From assembly GCA_028286905.1 (NCBI GenBank), contig JAQBQP010000002.1, forward strand, positions 1 through 54,970: a stretch of 54,970 bases of DNA. Reading direction: 5' to 3'. The position numbers were made by a program, and so were the translations under genes. The stretch's first letter is position 1; each line of letters starts with the position of its first letter. This DNA is from Candidatus Doudnabacteria bacterium. Its GTDB lineage: Bacteria; Patescibacteriota; Doudnabacteria; UBA920; VMFF01. The notes under the pieces are model-generated. The model was given only the letters and a program-made list of their open reading frames with translations. It searched no databases and was not told the origin of the DNA. This document shows, in pieces, positions 22,259-32,088 of the stretch.

Positions 22259-23674
22259 ATGAAAATTTTAAAGCATTTACGGAATGTTTTCGTTCCGCAT
22301 GCTGATAACAATTATACTCCTCATGCCTTGGGGCATCGACCCTTGTCTTTATATGCTGGTTTAATGGTTTCCATTAAGCTAGTTTCTTTGTTTTCGTTAG
22401 CGCTTTTGCCTCAGAACCAAGCGTTTTCTTCCGCAGTAACCCCAGCAAATATTTACGAACTTACTAACTCCTCTCGTCAGGCTTATAATCTTCCGGCTTT
22501 GAAAACTAATGCGTTGCTATCGGCAGCAGCTCAAAAAAAAGCTGAAGACATGGTTAAGAGTCAATATTTCTCGCACAATTCCCCTGATGGACACACTCCA
22601 TGGGACTTTATTAAGGGCGCTGGCTACAACTATATAATTGCCGGTGAGAATCTTGCAATTAATTTCTACAGCTCAGAATCTTTAGAAAATGCTTGGATGA
22701 ATAGCCCAGGACATAAAGCTAATATTTTGAACCATGACTTCGAGGATATCGGTATTGGCGTGGTTCAAGGGGAGTACAAAGGCGTAAAAGCAATTTTTGT
22801 TGTACAGATGTTTGGTACTAGTTCGGTCCAACCGATTCAAGCGCAAGTTGCTTACAGCACTCCTGTGCAATTAATTAGTCTTTCAGAAGTAAATGTTCCC
22901 GCGCCAACAAAAATTTCTTTAGCTACGCCAATTATTGCTGGCGAAAGTTTTGCCTTAACAAACCAACAAAGCTTTCCGGTTCATGGCTACGCGCCTGAAG
23001 CAGACGCAGTCTATGTAGTTGTGAATAATAAACCTCAAATAAAGTTAGATGTGATCAACGGAGAATATAAAGGCGAGATCTCCTTGGCTGAGGGTTTAAA
23101 TAAAATTAGAGTGTTAAGTTTTAATTCTGCAAATCAAGCTAGTCCAATTTCTAAAGAGTTAAATGTTAAACTCGATTCTATTGCGCCAATTGTTTCGGCA
23201 AGCATTGAACAAGTTTCGAATCCAAATGATAAATCTTACTTAATTGATGTGCAAGGTCAAGGCGATGTCACCAAAGTGATTGCAACGATCGGTGATCAAA
23301 AACTTCTATTACAACCGACTGCTGATTCAAATGTTTGGCAAGCGAAAGTTTCAGCTAATACTGCAGCGCTACAAGGCGGAATAAATGTCCGTGCTTATGA
23401 TTTAGCCGGCAATGTTAAAACAAATGTAGTCGGAACATTTAGTAGCAGTATTCAAGGCTCTTATGGTTTTTTGGCGCAAAAAGATTATCAAGTGAGTTAC
23501 CTGGGCAAATTGATCCCATTAAACCTGGTAAACGATGTTTATATCTATTTTATATTATTCCTATTGTTCGCACTTGCAGTTACAATTGCGATAAAAAGAA
23601 ATGTTCAAAACCTTTCGTTAATAGCGCACACTTCAGCGATGATCGTAGTGGCAGTCATACTTTGGTCGACGTAA
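22259..23674 (+). CDS. CAP/SCP-domain protein with Ig-like middle region and a C-terminal TM anchor
   Basis: YFSHNSPDG, GENLA and WMNSPGHKANIL motifs. ATG at 22259. Confidence 0.75.
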   Translation: MKILKHLRNVFVPHADNNYTPHALGHRPLSLYAGLMVSIKLVSLFSLALLPQNQAFSSAVTPANIYELTNSSRQAYNLPALKTNALLSAAAQKKAEDMVKSQYFSHNSPDGHTPWDFIKGAGYNYIIAGENLAINFYSSESLENAWMNSPGHKANILNHDFEDIGIGVVQGEYKGVKAIFVVQMFGTSSVQPIQAQVAYSTPVQLISLSEVNVPAPTKISLATPIIAGESFALTNQQSFPVHGYAPEADAVYVVVNNKPQIKLDVINGEYKGEISLAEGLNKIRVLSFNSANQASPISKELNVKLDSIAPIVSASIEQVSNPNDKSYLIDVQGQGDVTKVIATIGDQKLLLQPTADSNVWQAKVSANTAALQGGINVRAYDLAGNVKTNVVGTFSSSIQGSYGFLAQKDYQVSYLGKLIPLNLVNDVYIYFILFLLFALAVTIAIKRNVQNLSLIAHTSAMIVVAVILWST

Positions 23675-23716
23675 TTTAGCCAATTGACAAAGCGTATCGA
23701 AGTGCTAAATTGAAGT

Positions 23717-24493
23717 ATGATACAGTTGAAAGAACATAGCTTTCGAGAAGCTTTACAAAACAATCAGCTGGTAATGTATTATCAGCCCATAATAAAGGTT
23801 GAGAACAATTCAGTTGTTGCCGCAGAGGCCCTAGTTAGGTGGAACCACCCAGTGCTGGGGTTTTTGCTACCTGGTGAATTTATTTCAGAACTGGAAGAAT
23901 CATCGATTTTTTTTGATTTTTTTGTTTGGGGTTTACGAACTGCCTGTATTCAAAATAAAAGCTGGCAAGACCAAGGAATGGCTCCAATCCGAGTGACTGT
24001 AAATATTTCCGTACAACTTTTGAGACATCCACTCTTTGTACAGGCAATAATTAGCACTTTAAGAGAGACCGGTTTAGCTTCTAATTGGTTGGAATTAGAA
24101 ATTACCGAAACCTCAGCGATGCAAGATGTTGAACAAAGTTCATTAACTCTAAATCAGTTAAAAGATTTAGGAATTAAAATTACGGTTGATGATTTCGGAA
24201 TTGGGCACTCTTCTTTAAATTATTTGAGAAATTTTCCGGTGGATACTATTAAGATCGATAAATCTTTTATTACAAAAAGCGCGACCGACAAAAAGGATTT
24301 GGCAATTATTAGAGCGATCTGCTGTCTCGCAGACGATCTGGGCTTAGAGGTGGTCGCAGAGGGGGTGGAAACACTTGATCAGCTGGCAAATTTAACCATG
24401 CTAAAAAACTGCTTGGTCCAAGGCTTTCTCTTTAGCGAAGCAATTCCTGCCCAGGCGTTCTTTGAGCATTATCAAAGTAGCTTTTTAATTTAG
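23717..24493 (+). CDS. Stand-alone EAL-domain protein (putative c-di-GMP phosphodiesterase)
   Basis: EALVRW, ELEITE, DDFGIGHSSLNYL, KIDKSF, EGVET and QGFLFS motifs. Confidence 0.9.
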   Translation: MIQLKEHSFREALQNNQLVMYYQPIIKVENNSVVAAEALVRWNHPVLGFLLPGEFISELEESSIFFDFFVWGLRTACIQNKSWQDQGMAPIRVTVNISVQLLRHPLFVQAIISTLRETGLASNWLELEITETSAMQDVEQSSLTLNQLKDLGIKITVDDFGIGHSSLNYLRNFPVDTIKIDKSFITKSATDKKDLAIIRAICCLADDLGLEVVAEGVETLDQLANLTMLKNCLVQGFLFSEAIPAQAFFEHYQSSFLI

Positions 24494-24525
24494 ATCTATA
24501 AGCTTTTCTGTTATACTTTTACTAT

Positions 24526-25533
24526 ATGGAACAATCACGCGTACAAAGCGCCTTTTTTATAGCAGTGTTTGGAATAGTGTTGGTTTTGAACGCCTTCGTT
24601 TTTAGACCGTATTTTTCGGTCATAATCATTTCTTTGGTTTTGGCGGTTTTATTTAAACCAGTATATCAAAGAATTTTGAAACGACTTGGCAATGAAACGA
24701 TCGCTGCTTTGATTACAACAGCCATCGTTTTTATAATTGTTTTACTACCATTAACTTTATACATTCAGCGAGTTTTTATAGAAGTACATGGTTTTTATAA
24801 TAACCTCTCAAATGATAGCAGTAATACTTTTGTAAATACGGTCTTGGATAAAATTAAAGGTCTGAATAATTCCGGAACGAGTTTCGACATAAACCAATAT
24901 TTAAAAGGTTTGTCGAATTCTTTGTTAAATAATGTTGGCGCAATTTTTTCGAGCATCTTGAATTTAATTTTTACTTTTATTTTAGTTTTGTTCTCCTTAT
25001 TCTTTTTCTTAAAAGATGGAGAAAAACTTAAGAAAGCAGTTTACGCTTTAAGTCCATTGCCAAAAGAAGCGGATGAAAAAGTGCTTGTGAAAATGGAAGC
25101 AGCAGTCAACTCTGTAATTCGCGGACAAATGCTTGTGGCAATAATGCAGGCAGTCGTTGCAATTGTGGGTTTTTCAATCTTCGGCGTGCCCAATCCGATA
25201 TTATGGGGATCTACCGTAGTTATTGCGGCATTCGTGCCAACAGTTGGGACGGCTTTGGTAAACATTCCGGTAATTTTGTTTTTATATTTTAGCGGACATA
25301 CCTTGGCCGCCATTGGCTTAGCAATTTGGGAAACAACAGCTGTTATTATCATCGATAACTTTATTGGCCCGATGATTATAAATCGGAACTTACAAATTCA
25401 TCCTTTTATAATTTTGCTTTCAGTAATTGGTGGTATTAGCGTCTTTGGTCCGATTGGTTTTATTCTTGGTCCATTGATCCTTACTTTATTAATTGCCTTG
25501 TTTGAAGTCAGATACATTTTAATAGAAAAATAA
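24526..25533 (+). CDS. AI-2E family transporter (PerM-like)
   Basis: About 8 TM helices; the topology and length fit UPF0118. Confidence 0.7.
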   Translation: MEQSRVQSAFFIAVFGIVLVLNAFVFRPYFSVIIISLVLAVLFKPVYQRILKRLGNETIAALITTAIVFIIVLLPLTLYIQRVFIEVHGFYNNLSNDSSNTFVNTVLDKIKGLNNSGTSFDINQYLKGLSNSLLNNVGAIFSSILNLIFTFILVLFSLFFFLKDGEKLKKAVYALSPLPKEADEKVLVKMEAAVNSVIRGQMLVAIMQAVVAIVGFSIFGVPNPILWGSTVVIAAFVPTVGTALVNIPVILFLYFSGHTLAAIGLAIWETTAVIIIDNFIGPMIINRNLQIHPFIILLSVIGGISVFGPIGFILGPLILTLLIALFEVRYILIEK

Positions 25534-25534
25534 A

Positions 25535-26623
25535 GTGAAAAATAAATTTGTTATTTTTGGCATAATTGTTCTTTTTGCTATTTTAATTTTTGTTAAAATA
25601 GAAGGAATAAAACGTCACGATTTTAATAGTGAAAATCAATCTAACTCGGATCAGCGTGTTTACGCCTTTCCTACAATGGCAGTTCCTGCTTATTTAAACC
25701 AATCTGCTGACGTTGTTCAAACCTACAGTTATTTGGTTTTAAATAACAGCGCAAGCTTTGATTCCATGCAAAAGAATATTAGCAGTGTAAAAGCAGTAAT
25801 CGTAGATTCTTTGTCTGTTAATAAAACTAGTTTAGTTTCCTTAAATCCAATTGAACAAAAAAAAGCTTTTGATTTTATTAATGCTCAAAAAAAGCCTGCG
25901 CAAATTTATGCTTTAGTTAAAAACTACTCTGCTGGGCAATGGCAAGGGGAACAGCTCGCAGCAATGCTTTCTTCTAAAGCCGCTAGAGCCGAAATCATAT
26001 CCGAAACCGTTAAGTATTTGAGCGAAAATAAACTTACCGGGGTAAGTTTAGACTTTGAAGCGCTACCGGCTTCTGCCCAAAATAACTTGGTTCTGTTTGT
26101 TTCAGAGTTGCACCAACAGCTCCAGCAAAATAAGTTTTTACTTTCTATTCACGTCCCAGCCAATGAGCCTAATTGGCAATATCAAAAATTGGCTTCAAGC
26201 GCTGATGAAATTATTTTGATGGATTATGATCAACATCAATCTAATACAGAACCTGGTCCGATCGCAGCAGCGAAATGGTTTGAAACCGCGATTAAAGAAA
26301 TAGGCGCAATGGTGCCTAAAGAGAAGTTGGTAGTAGGGATGGCTAGTTATGCCTATGACTGGTCCGGCGGAATCGCAAAAGGCTTAACTTATCAAAGCGC
26401 TCAAGCCCTCGCACTAAAATATAAGGCTGTTATTATTTTTGACCCTGAAAGCCAAAGCGATTATTTTAAATACAGCACAGGTAGCGTTCAACACAGTGTT
26501 TGGCTAGCGGATCAAAATAGCGTTAAAGCAGAGAAAACTATCGCCCAAAAATATGGAATTTATTCTTACGCTGTGTACCGCTTTGGCTCCGAAGACCAGA
26601 ATTTATGGAAACTATTAAAATAA
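25535..26623 (+). CDS. Glycoside hydrolase family 18-like protein (membrane-anchored)
   Basis: GVSLDFE matches the DxxDxDxE region. GTG start. Confidence 0.6.
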   Translation: MKNKFVIFGIIVLFAILIFVKIEGIKRHDFNSENQSNSDQRVYAFPTMAVPAYLNQSADVVQTYSYLVLNNSASFDSMQKNISSVKAVIVDSLSVNKTSLVSLNPIEQKKAFDFINAQKKPAQIYALVKNYSAGQWQGEQLAAMLSSKAARAEIISETVKYLSENKLTGVSLDFEALPASAQNNLVLFVSELHQQLQQNKFLLSIHVPANEPNWQYQKLASSADEIILMDYDQHQSNTEPGPIAAAKWFETAIKEIGAMVPKEKLVVGMASYAYDWSGGIAKGLTYQSAQALALKYKAVIIFDPESQSDYFKYSTGSVQHSVWLADQNSVKAEKTIAQKYGIYSYAVYRFGSEDQNLWKLLK

Positions 26624-26627
26624 TTTT

Positions 26628-27767
26628 ATGGATAAAGTATACGAAGATTCTTTGGCACTGCACAAACAAAATCATGGCAAACTAGAAATTAAAAGCAAAG
26701 TACCGGTTGCCAGTCGCGAAGATTTGTCTGTAGTTTACACTCCGGGAGTTGGCCAGGTTAGCATTGAGATTGGCAAAGATAAACGCTTGGCTAAAATTTA
26801 TACAATCAAGCATAACAGTGTTGCGGTGGTGTCCGACGGCTCTGCAATTCTTGGGTTGGGCAACCTTGGGCCAGAGGCCGCGATCCCTGTCATGGAAGGC
26901 AAGGCGATTTTATTTAAAGAGTTTGCAAACATCGATGCTTTTCCAATTTGCTTGGATACTCAGGACGTTGAAGAAATAATCAGGACTGTTAAAAATATCG
27001 CACCGGTATTCGGCGGTATTAATTTAGAAGACATTTCTGCACCGCGCTGTTTTGAAATTGAAAAAAGATTAAAAGCTGAATTAGATATTCCTGTAATGCA
27101 CGATGACCAGCATGGTACCGCAGTTGTAGTTTTGGCGGGCTTGATTAACGCTTTGAAATTAAAAGGTTTAGCTAAAGAGCAGGCGCGTGTAATTATGAAT
27201 GGCGCGGGAGCAGCAGGTACTGCCGTTACCGAGCTGCTTTTGGAATATGGATTTGGCAATGTTATTGTTTGCGATAGTGCCGGCGCTATTTATTCCGGCC
27301 GGACGGGCTTAAATGAAGAAAAAATAAAATTGGCAGAAAAAACTAATAAGAATAAAGTTCAAGGTGATTTAGCGAACGTTTTAGCAGGCTCAGATGTCTT
27401 TGTTGGCGTCAGTAAGGGGAATATTTTAACAAAGGAAATGGTTCAGAGCATGGCAGCAAAGCCAATCATTTTTGCTTTGGCTAATCCTATTCCTGAAATT
27501 ATGCCAGAGATTGCTGTAGCGGCAGGAGCTTTCGTGGTTGCAACCGGACGTTCGGATTTTCCCAACCAAATAAATAATGTTCTAGCTTTTCCTGGAATTT
27601 TTAGGGGAGCGCTAGATAATAATGTTCGCCAGATTACTGATTCGATGCTGATTGCCGCTGCCGAAGCTTTAGCAGCGCATGTAACCGATATTTCTCCTGA
27701 AAAAATCCTGCCGAACGTCTTTGATAAGGGTGTAGCCGCGACAGTGGCTAGTGTAATAATAGATTGA
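26628..27767 (+). CDS. maeA: NAD(P)-dependent malic enzyme (short form)
   Basis: VYTPGVG, SDGSAILGLGNLG, GGINLEDI and HDDQHGTAVV motifs. Confidence 0.9.
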   Translation: MDKVYEDSLALHKQNHGKLEIKSKVPVASREDLSVVYTPGVGQVSIEIGKDKRLAKIYTIKHNSVAVVSDGSAILGLGNLGPEAAIPVMEGKAILFKEFANIDAFPICLDTQDVEEIIRTVKNIAPVFGGINLEDISAPRCFEIEKRLKAELDIPVMHDDQHGTAVVVLAGLINALKLKGLAKEQARVIMNGAGAAGTAVTELLLEYGFGNVIVCDSAGAIYSGRTGLNEEKIKLAEKTNKNKVQGDLANVLAGSDVFVGVSKGNILTKEMVQSMAAKPIIFALANPIPEIMPEIAVAAGAFVVATGRSDFPNQINNVLAFPGIFRGALDNNVRQITDSMLIAAAEALAAHVTDISPEKILPNVFDKGVAATVASVIID

Positions 27768-27792
27768 CAAAAGTGCGGTTTAACCATATTAT
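27764..27792 (+). promoter_or_regulatory. Promoter TTGACA-N17-TATTAT overlapping the malic enzyme stop codon
   Basis: The same ATTGACAAA / TATTAT pair precedes the paralogue at 29560-29588. Confidence 0.55.
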
Positions 27793-27831
27793 AGGGTATA
27801 CATTTGTTAATTTGATTAATATTTTGACCTT

Positions 27832-29532
27832 ATGAAAACCACAAAAAAGCTATCTATTTTAGCGATATCATTGTTTGTTTTGGTTGGCAGCCTTAGTCTT
27901 TCAAGCCCCGCTTTGGCAGCAACTCCAATGTTGAACATTGCTCAGCCAGATACAAACAATATTGTTCGTATCTCTGTTAATAACGCTGATCCAAACTCAG
28001 TTTTGAGCTTAAATCAACAACAAGGCAATGGCCCTACGATTTACACCACAAACTTCGGACAGACTGATAATTCAGGGAATTTTTCTCAATTATTCACTTT
28101 GAGCACCGATCACTCTTCTACTCCAATTCAGATCTCTGCGATAGTAAATGGCCAGCGTTCAAATACCATTTTTGTAACTCCTTACTCAAGTTACTCTTAT
28201 AATAATGGTAATAATGGCTATAACAACAATAATAATTACAACTACAATAATTCATTTACTTTGGGACAAAATAATGTTTCAGTAAATGCCGGACAAACCG
28301 TATCTGTAAGCATAGTTAATGGTTATAACAATAACTATAGTTACAATAATACTTACTATGTTTCCAGCAATTCCAATAATAGCGTTGCGACAATCACTGT
28401 TTCAGGGAATTCTTTAAATGTATATGGCATCAGTGCTGGAACAACTACAGCTTCTATTTGTCAAAATAGTGGAGCAGTAGGATGCGTGAGTTTATTTGTT
28501 ACGGTTAGTGGAAACAACTATTACAATAATAATTCCCAGATCACATTTAGCAGCACTAATCCAACAGTCGGAATTGGTCAAACAACAGCTGTAACTCTTT
28601 TCTCCAACTCTTATAATAATAGTTACAACAACGGAAGCTATTACATCTCTAGCAACTCCAATTCAAATGCTGTTAGTGCCTACATTTCTGGGAGCACCTT
28701 GAATTTAACGGGTGTAACAACTGGCACCAGCTCTATTACTGTTTGCCAGAATAGCAACGGCACCCAATGTGCGACTTTGTTTGTAACTGCTAACGGCAAC
28801 TATTATAACAATAATAATTACAACAACAATGGCTCGTTAACTTTCAGTCCTTCAAGTGTTTCTGTGATTGCTGGACAAACATCGTTAGTAACTATTTATA
28901 GCAACTACAGTGGATATAATAATGGTTATAGCAACTACACTGTTTCTAGTAATTCCAATCCAAACGTCGCAACCGTTACCGTTTCAGGAAACGCACTAAA
29001 TGTTTATGGAGTTAATGCCGGATCTACAACTGTTTCTGTTTGCCAAACAACAAACTACCAATGCAACAGCTTATACATTTCAGTAACAGGTTACACGAAT
29101 AACTACAATAATAATTACAACAACGGCAATGGTAATGTGCTTGGTGCAAGCTTGTTTAGCAACGGCACATTAGTATCTGATAATGGCACAATCTACGAAA
29201 CATATAAGAATACAAAATCAGGCTTCGCGAACTACGCTGCCTTTACTGGCCTTGGCTTTAGCTTAAGCAACGTCGTTAATGCTAGTACTAACGGATTAAC
29301 TTTCTCAAATTATATTATTACAACTCCTTACACTTCCCACCCTTGGGGAACATGGGTTAAAAATGGGAATACCGTTTATTTTGCTGATCAATTTGGTTTG
29401 ATCCCAATCTCTGATTATAACGTTTTCTTGAACAATGGTGGCAATTCTAATAATGTTGTAGCTGCAAATAACTACGATATGCAAAGACCATTGGAGCAGG
29501 TGATGACGCTAAACGACGCTAGATTAAGATAA
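27832..29532 (+). CDS. Secreted surface protein: N-terminal domain, four Big_2-like repeats joined by Asn/Tyr-rich linkers, and a C-terminal repeat domain
   Basis: Signal peptide. The motif VSGN.LNVYG..AG..T...CQ occurs four times. NNYNNN linkers are present. Confidence 0.8.
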   Translation: MKTTKKLSILAISLFVLVGSLSLSSPALAATPMLNIAQPDTNNIVRISVNNADPNSVLSLNQQQGNGPTIYTTNFGQTDNSGNFSQLFTLSTDHSSTPIQISAIVNGQRSNTIFVTPYSSYSYNNGNNGYNNNNNYNYNNSFTLGQNNVSVNAGQTVSVSIVNGYNNNYSYNNTYYVSSNSNNSVATITVSGNSLNVYGISAGTTTASICQNSGAVGCVSLFVTVSGNNYYNNNSQITFSSTNPTVGIGQTTAVTLFSNSYNNSYNNGSYYISSNSNSNAVSAYISGSTLNLTGVTTGTSSITVCQNSNGTQCATLFVTANGNYYNNNNYNNNGSLTFSPSSVSVIAGQTSLVTIYSNYSGYNNGYSNYTVSSNSNPNVATVTVSGNALNVYGVNAGSTTVSVCQTTNYQCNSLYISVTGYTNNYNNNYNNGNGNVLGASLFSNGTLVSDNGTIYETYKNTKSGFANYAAFTGLGFSLSNVVNASTNGLTFSNYIITTPYTSHPWGTWVKNGNTVYFADQFGLIPISDYNVFLNNGGNSNNVVAANNYDMQRPLEQVMTLNDARLR

Positions 29533-29559
29533 AAGTAATTTCTGCGTTAGACCATACTA

Positions 29560-29588
29560 TTGACAAATTAGGTAAAATCATGTATTAT
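29560..29588 (+). promoter_or_regulatory. Promoter TTGACA-N17-TATTAT
   Basis: -35 at 29560-29565 and -10 at 29583-29588. Confidence 0.55.
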
Positions 29589-29623
29589 GAGGTATAATTT
29601 TAGTACTATTTAATCTAAATTCT

Positions 29624-30388
29624 ATGCGATCAAATACCAAGTTCTCAGTTTTGATAGTTGTAGCCGCAATTAGCGTATTAGCAGGAGCAACTTTTGCAAA
29701 AGCTGCAGCTCCTTCAATAAGCGTGACTTTGCCAGATCCAAGCAACATTGTCAGAGTTTCAGTTTACAACTCTGATTCAAATTCAGCAGTTACGCTGGTA
29801 CAAAACCAAAACACCGCAGTAAATAGCATCAATCTTGGGCAAACAGATAATCAAGGTAATCTTAGCCAGGTTATTAAACTAAACGTAGATGGTTCCAATA
29901 GCCCAGTGAATATAAACGTTGTGGTGAACGGTATTTCTTCTGCAATTGTTGCAGTTTATCCATTTGGGGTTAGCGCTCCAACCAAAGGCAGCGTTTTAGG
30001 TTCAAGCACTTATAACAATGGAACTTTGGTTTTAGAAAATGGCACAATCTCTTTGGTCTATAAAAATACTAAGGCCGGCTTTACAAACTACAAAGCTTTT
30101 ACCGGCTTGGGTTATAAGGTTTCAAATGTTGTGCCTGCTGACATTAATGGGATGGGCGTTGCAGGTTATCTAATCAAAACAGCAAGCGCCGCACATCCTG
30201 CAGGCAGCTGGGTTTCTAGCAAGGGAACCGTTTATTTTGTAGATCCTTCTGGTTTGATTCCAATTTCAGATATGGATACGTTTACTAACAATGGCGGAAA
30301 TGTACCAAATATTGTCCCAGCAAATAGTTATGATTTGAAGAAAGTGAAGCTCTCAATCATGGTTATGGATGACGCTAGATTGAAGTAG
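29624..30388 (+). CDS. Short paralogue of 27832..29532, lacking the four internal repeats
   Basis: The N-terminal and C-terminal domains align with the larger gene and both end in DDARLK / NDARLR. Confidence 0.75.
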   Translation: MRSNTKFSVLIVVAAISVLAGATFAKAAAPSISVTLPDPSNIVRVSVYNSDSNSAVTLVQNQNTAVNSINLGQTDNQGNLSQVIKLNVDGSNSPVNINVVVNGISSAIVAVYPFGVSAPTKGSVLGSSTYNNGTLVLENGTISLVYKNTKAGFTNYKAFTGLGYKVSNVVPADINGMGVAGYLIKTASAAHPAGSWVSSKGTVYFVDPSGLIPISDMDTFTNNGGNVPNIVPANSYDLKKVKLSIMVMDDARLK

Positions 30389-30495
30389 TTCAAATAATTT
30401 AGATTCAAAACAAACCCTCGAAATTTATCGCGGGTTTTGTTTATTTAATAAAGCCAATTCTGTTATGCTTAAGCCTGTATAAATTAAGAAAACAT

Positions 30496-31467
30496 ATGCA
30501 AAACGACAAAGCGATTGTTATTACAAATTTAAAAAAATCTTTTGGGAAGGTAAAAGTTCTTGAAGGGGTTAATCTATCGGTAGAGCGAGGGACGATGCTT
30601 GCTTTGCTTGGCCCCAATGGCGCAGGCAAAACCACGACCGTCCGAATTCTAAGCACTCTGTTGCAGCCGGATAGCGGAGATATCAGAGTGAATGGTTATG
30701 ATGTTGTGAGCCAGTCCGATGAAGTTCGCGGGGTTATCGGTTTAACTGGACAGTATGCCGCAGTCGATGAATATCTAACCGGTTTTGAAAACTTAGAAAT
30801 GATTGGGCGGCTTTATCACTTAACTAAAGCAGATGCAAAGGTTCGGGCTAAAGAATTGTTAGAACAGTTTGACTTGGTAGATGCTTCTGAGCGTCCGGCA
30901 AAAACATATTCAGGCGGAATGCGTCGCAGATTAGATTTAGCAGCAAGTTTAGTGGCTCACCCTCCTATCATATTTTTGGATGAACCAACTACTGGCTTGG
31001 ATCCACGCAGTCGTTTGGCAATGTGGGATGTGATTAAAAAGTTAAAAGCAGAAGGGACTACGATTTTGCTTACGACACAATACCTTGAAGAAGCAGATAA
31101 GCTTGCTGATCGAATCGTAGTAATTGATCATGGCAGAGTTATTGCTGAGGGAACTTCTGAAGAATTAAAATCCAAAATTGGCAAAGACCGTTTAGAATTT
31201 GTAATTTCTGAACGCAGCGACTATCAAAAAGCTTTGGCTGTGGTTCAACAAGAAGAAGATATAAAAAACGAACCAAAAGAACGGACATTGAGTTTTGCAA
31301 CTAATGGTAAAGTAGCGCATATCAAATTAATTTTAGATAATTTGGAAAAATCTGGAATTGAATTGGAAAGCTTCGCTTTACACAAACCGACACTGGATGA
31401 CGTTTTTTTGAGCTTAACAGGACATTATAATACCGATGAACAGCAAAAGCAAAAGGAGACAAAATAA
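30496..31467 (+). CDS. ABC transporter ATP-binding protein (DrrA-like, ABC-2 type exporter)
   Basis: Walker A GPNGAGKTT, signature YSGGMRRR and Walker B IIFLDEPTTGLD. Confidence 0.9.
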   Translation: MQNDKAIVITNLKKSFGKVKVLEGVNLSVERGTMLALLGPNGAGKTTTVRILSTLLQPDSGDIRVNGYDVVSQSDEVRGVIGLTGQYAAVDEYLTGFENLEMIGRLYHLTKADAKVRAKELLEQFDLVDASERPAKTYSGGMRRRLDLAASLVAHPPIIFLDEPTTGLDPRSRLAMWDVIKKLKAEGTTILLTTQYLEEADKLADRIVVIDHGRVIAEGTSEELKSKIGKDRLEFVISERSDYQKALAVVQQEEDIKNEPKERTLSFATNGKVAHIKLILDNLEKSGIELESFALHKPTLDDVFLSLTGHYNTDEQQKQKETK

Positions 31468-31732
31468 TGCCAATCACAACTAGAAAACATTCCAAATTAT
31501 TTTGGACTCTAAGCGATGTTTGGGTTTTGCACCAACCTCAAGCATGCCAAAATATTTGCGCATCTTTGCAGAAAATCAACCGGTTACCAATGTAATTGAA
31601 GCAATTCGCTCATTGATGATTGGTACGCCACCGGGCAACCATATTTGGTTGGCTTTTGTTTGGTGCGCTGGAATTACTGTAGTCGCTATCCCGTTAGCGG
31701 CCTATCTATTTAGAAAGTATACTGCTAAATAA
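31467..31732 (+). pseudogene. Remnant of the partner ABC-2 permease (internal deletion plus frameshift)
   Basis: ATG 31467 (ATAATG overlap) gives a permease-like N-terminus that stops after 42 codons. A different frame encodes only the C-terminal ~70 aa (MPKYLRIFAENQPVTNVIEAIRSL...). A full permease would be about 250 aa. Confidence 0.6.
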
Positions 31733-31801
31733 GTATCGAATGCTTTTGGGCGTTGCTTTTGTAAAGATGATATACTTAAAGCAAATTAAGTGACCAATAC
31801 T

Positions 31802-32038
31802 ATGGAAACAAGTAGAAAACCATTGGAGCAATTCGAACCAATCGAGCAGTCCGAAGGGGTAACTTCAAACGAACTAGCTACTCACATGCTGGGTATGAAT
31901 ATCTTGATGAAAGATATTGATCGTTTTACGGACTCTGACTTCGACAAGCTTTTTAGAAAGTGGCCAATTGATAAGCAAGTTAAATTTAAAGAACTAGTAG
32001 AAAAAAATTTGCCCTCAGAAATCCAGGTCCGAGAATAA
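31802..32038 (+). CDS. Small acidic hypothetical protein
   Basis: 78-aa ORF from ATG 31802, with no motif. Confidence 0.35.
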   Translation: METSRKPLEQFEPIEQSEGVTSNELATHMLGMNILMKDIDRFTDSDFDKLFRKWPIDKQVKFKELVEKNLPSEIQVRE

Positions 32039-32088
32039 ATTAAAATATATCAAAAGTACTTTTGTATTAATGCATTAAAACAAAAACA

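Noticed and set aside
28180-29130. Periodic AAT/AAC/TAC-rich DNA as a satellite or CRISPR-like array.
   Set aside because: It lies entirely in frame inside a long ORF and encodes Asn/Tyr linkers between protein domains. It has no constant repeat/spacer periodicity.
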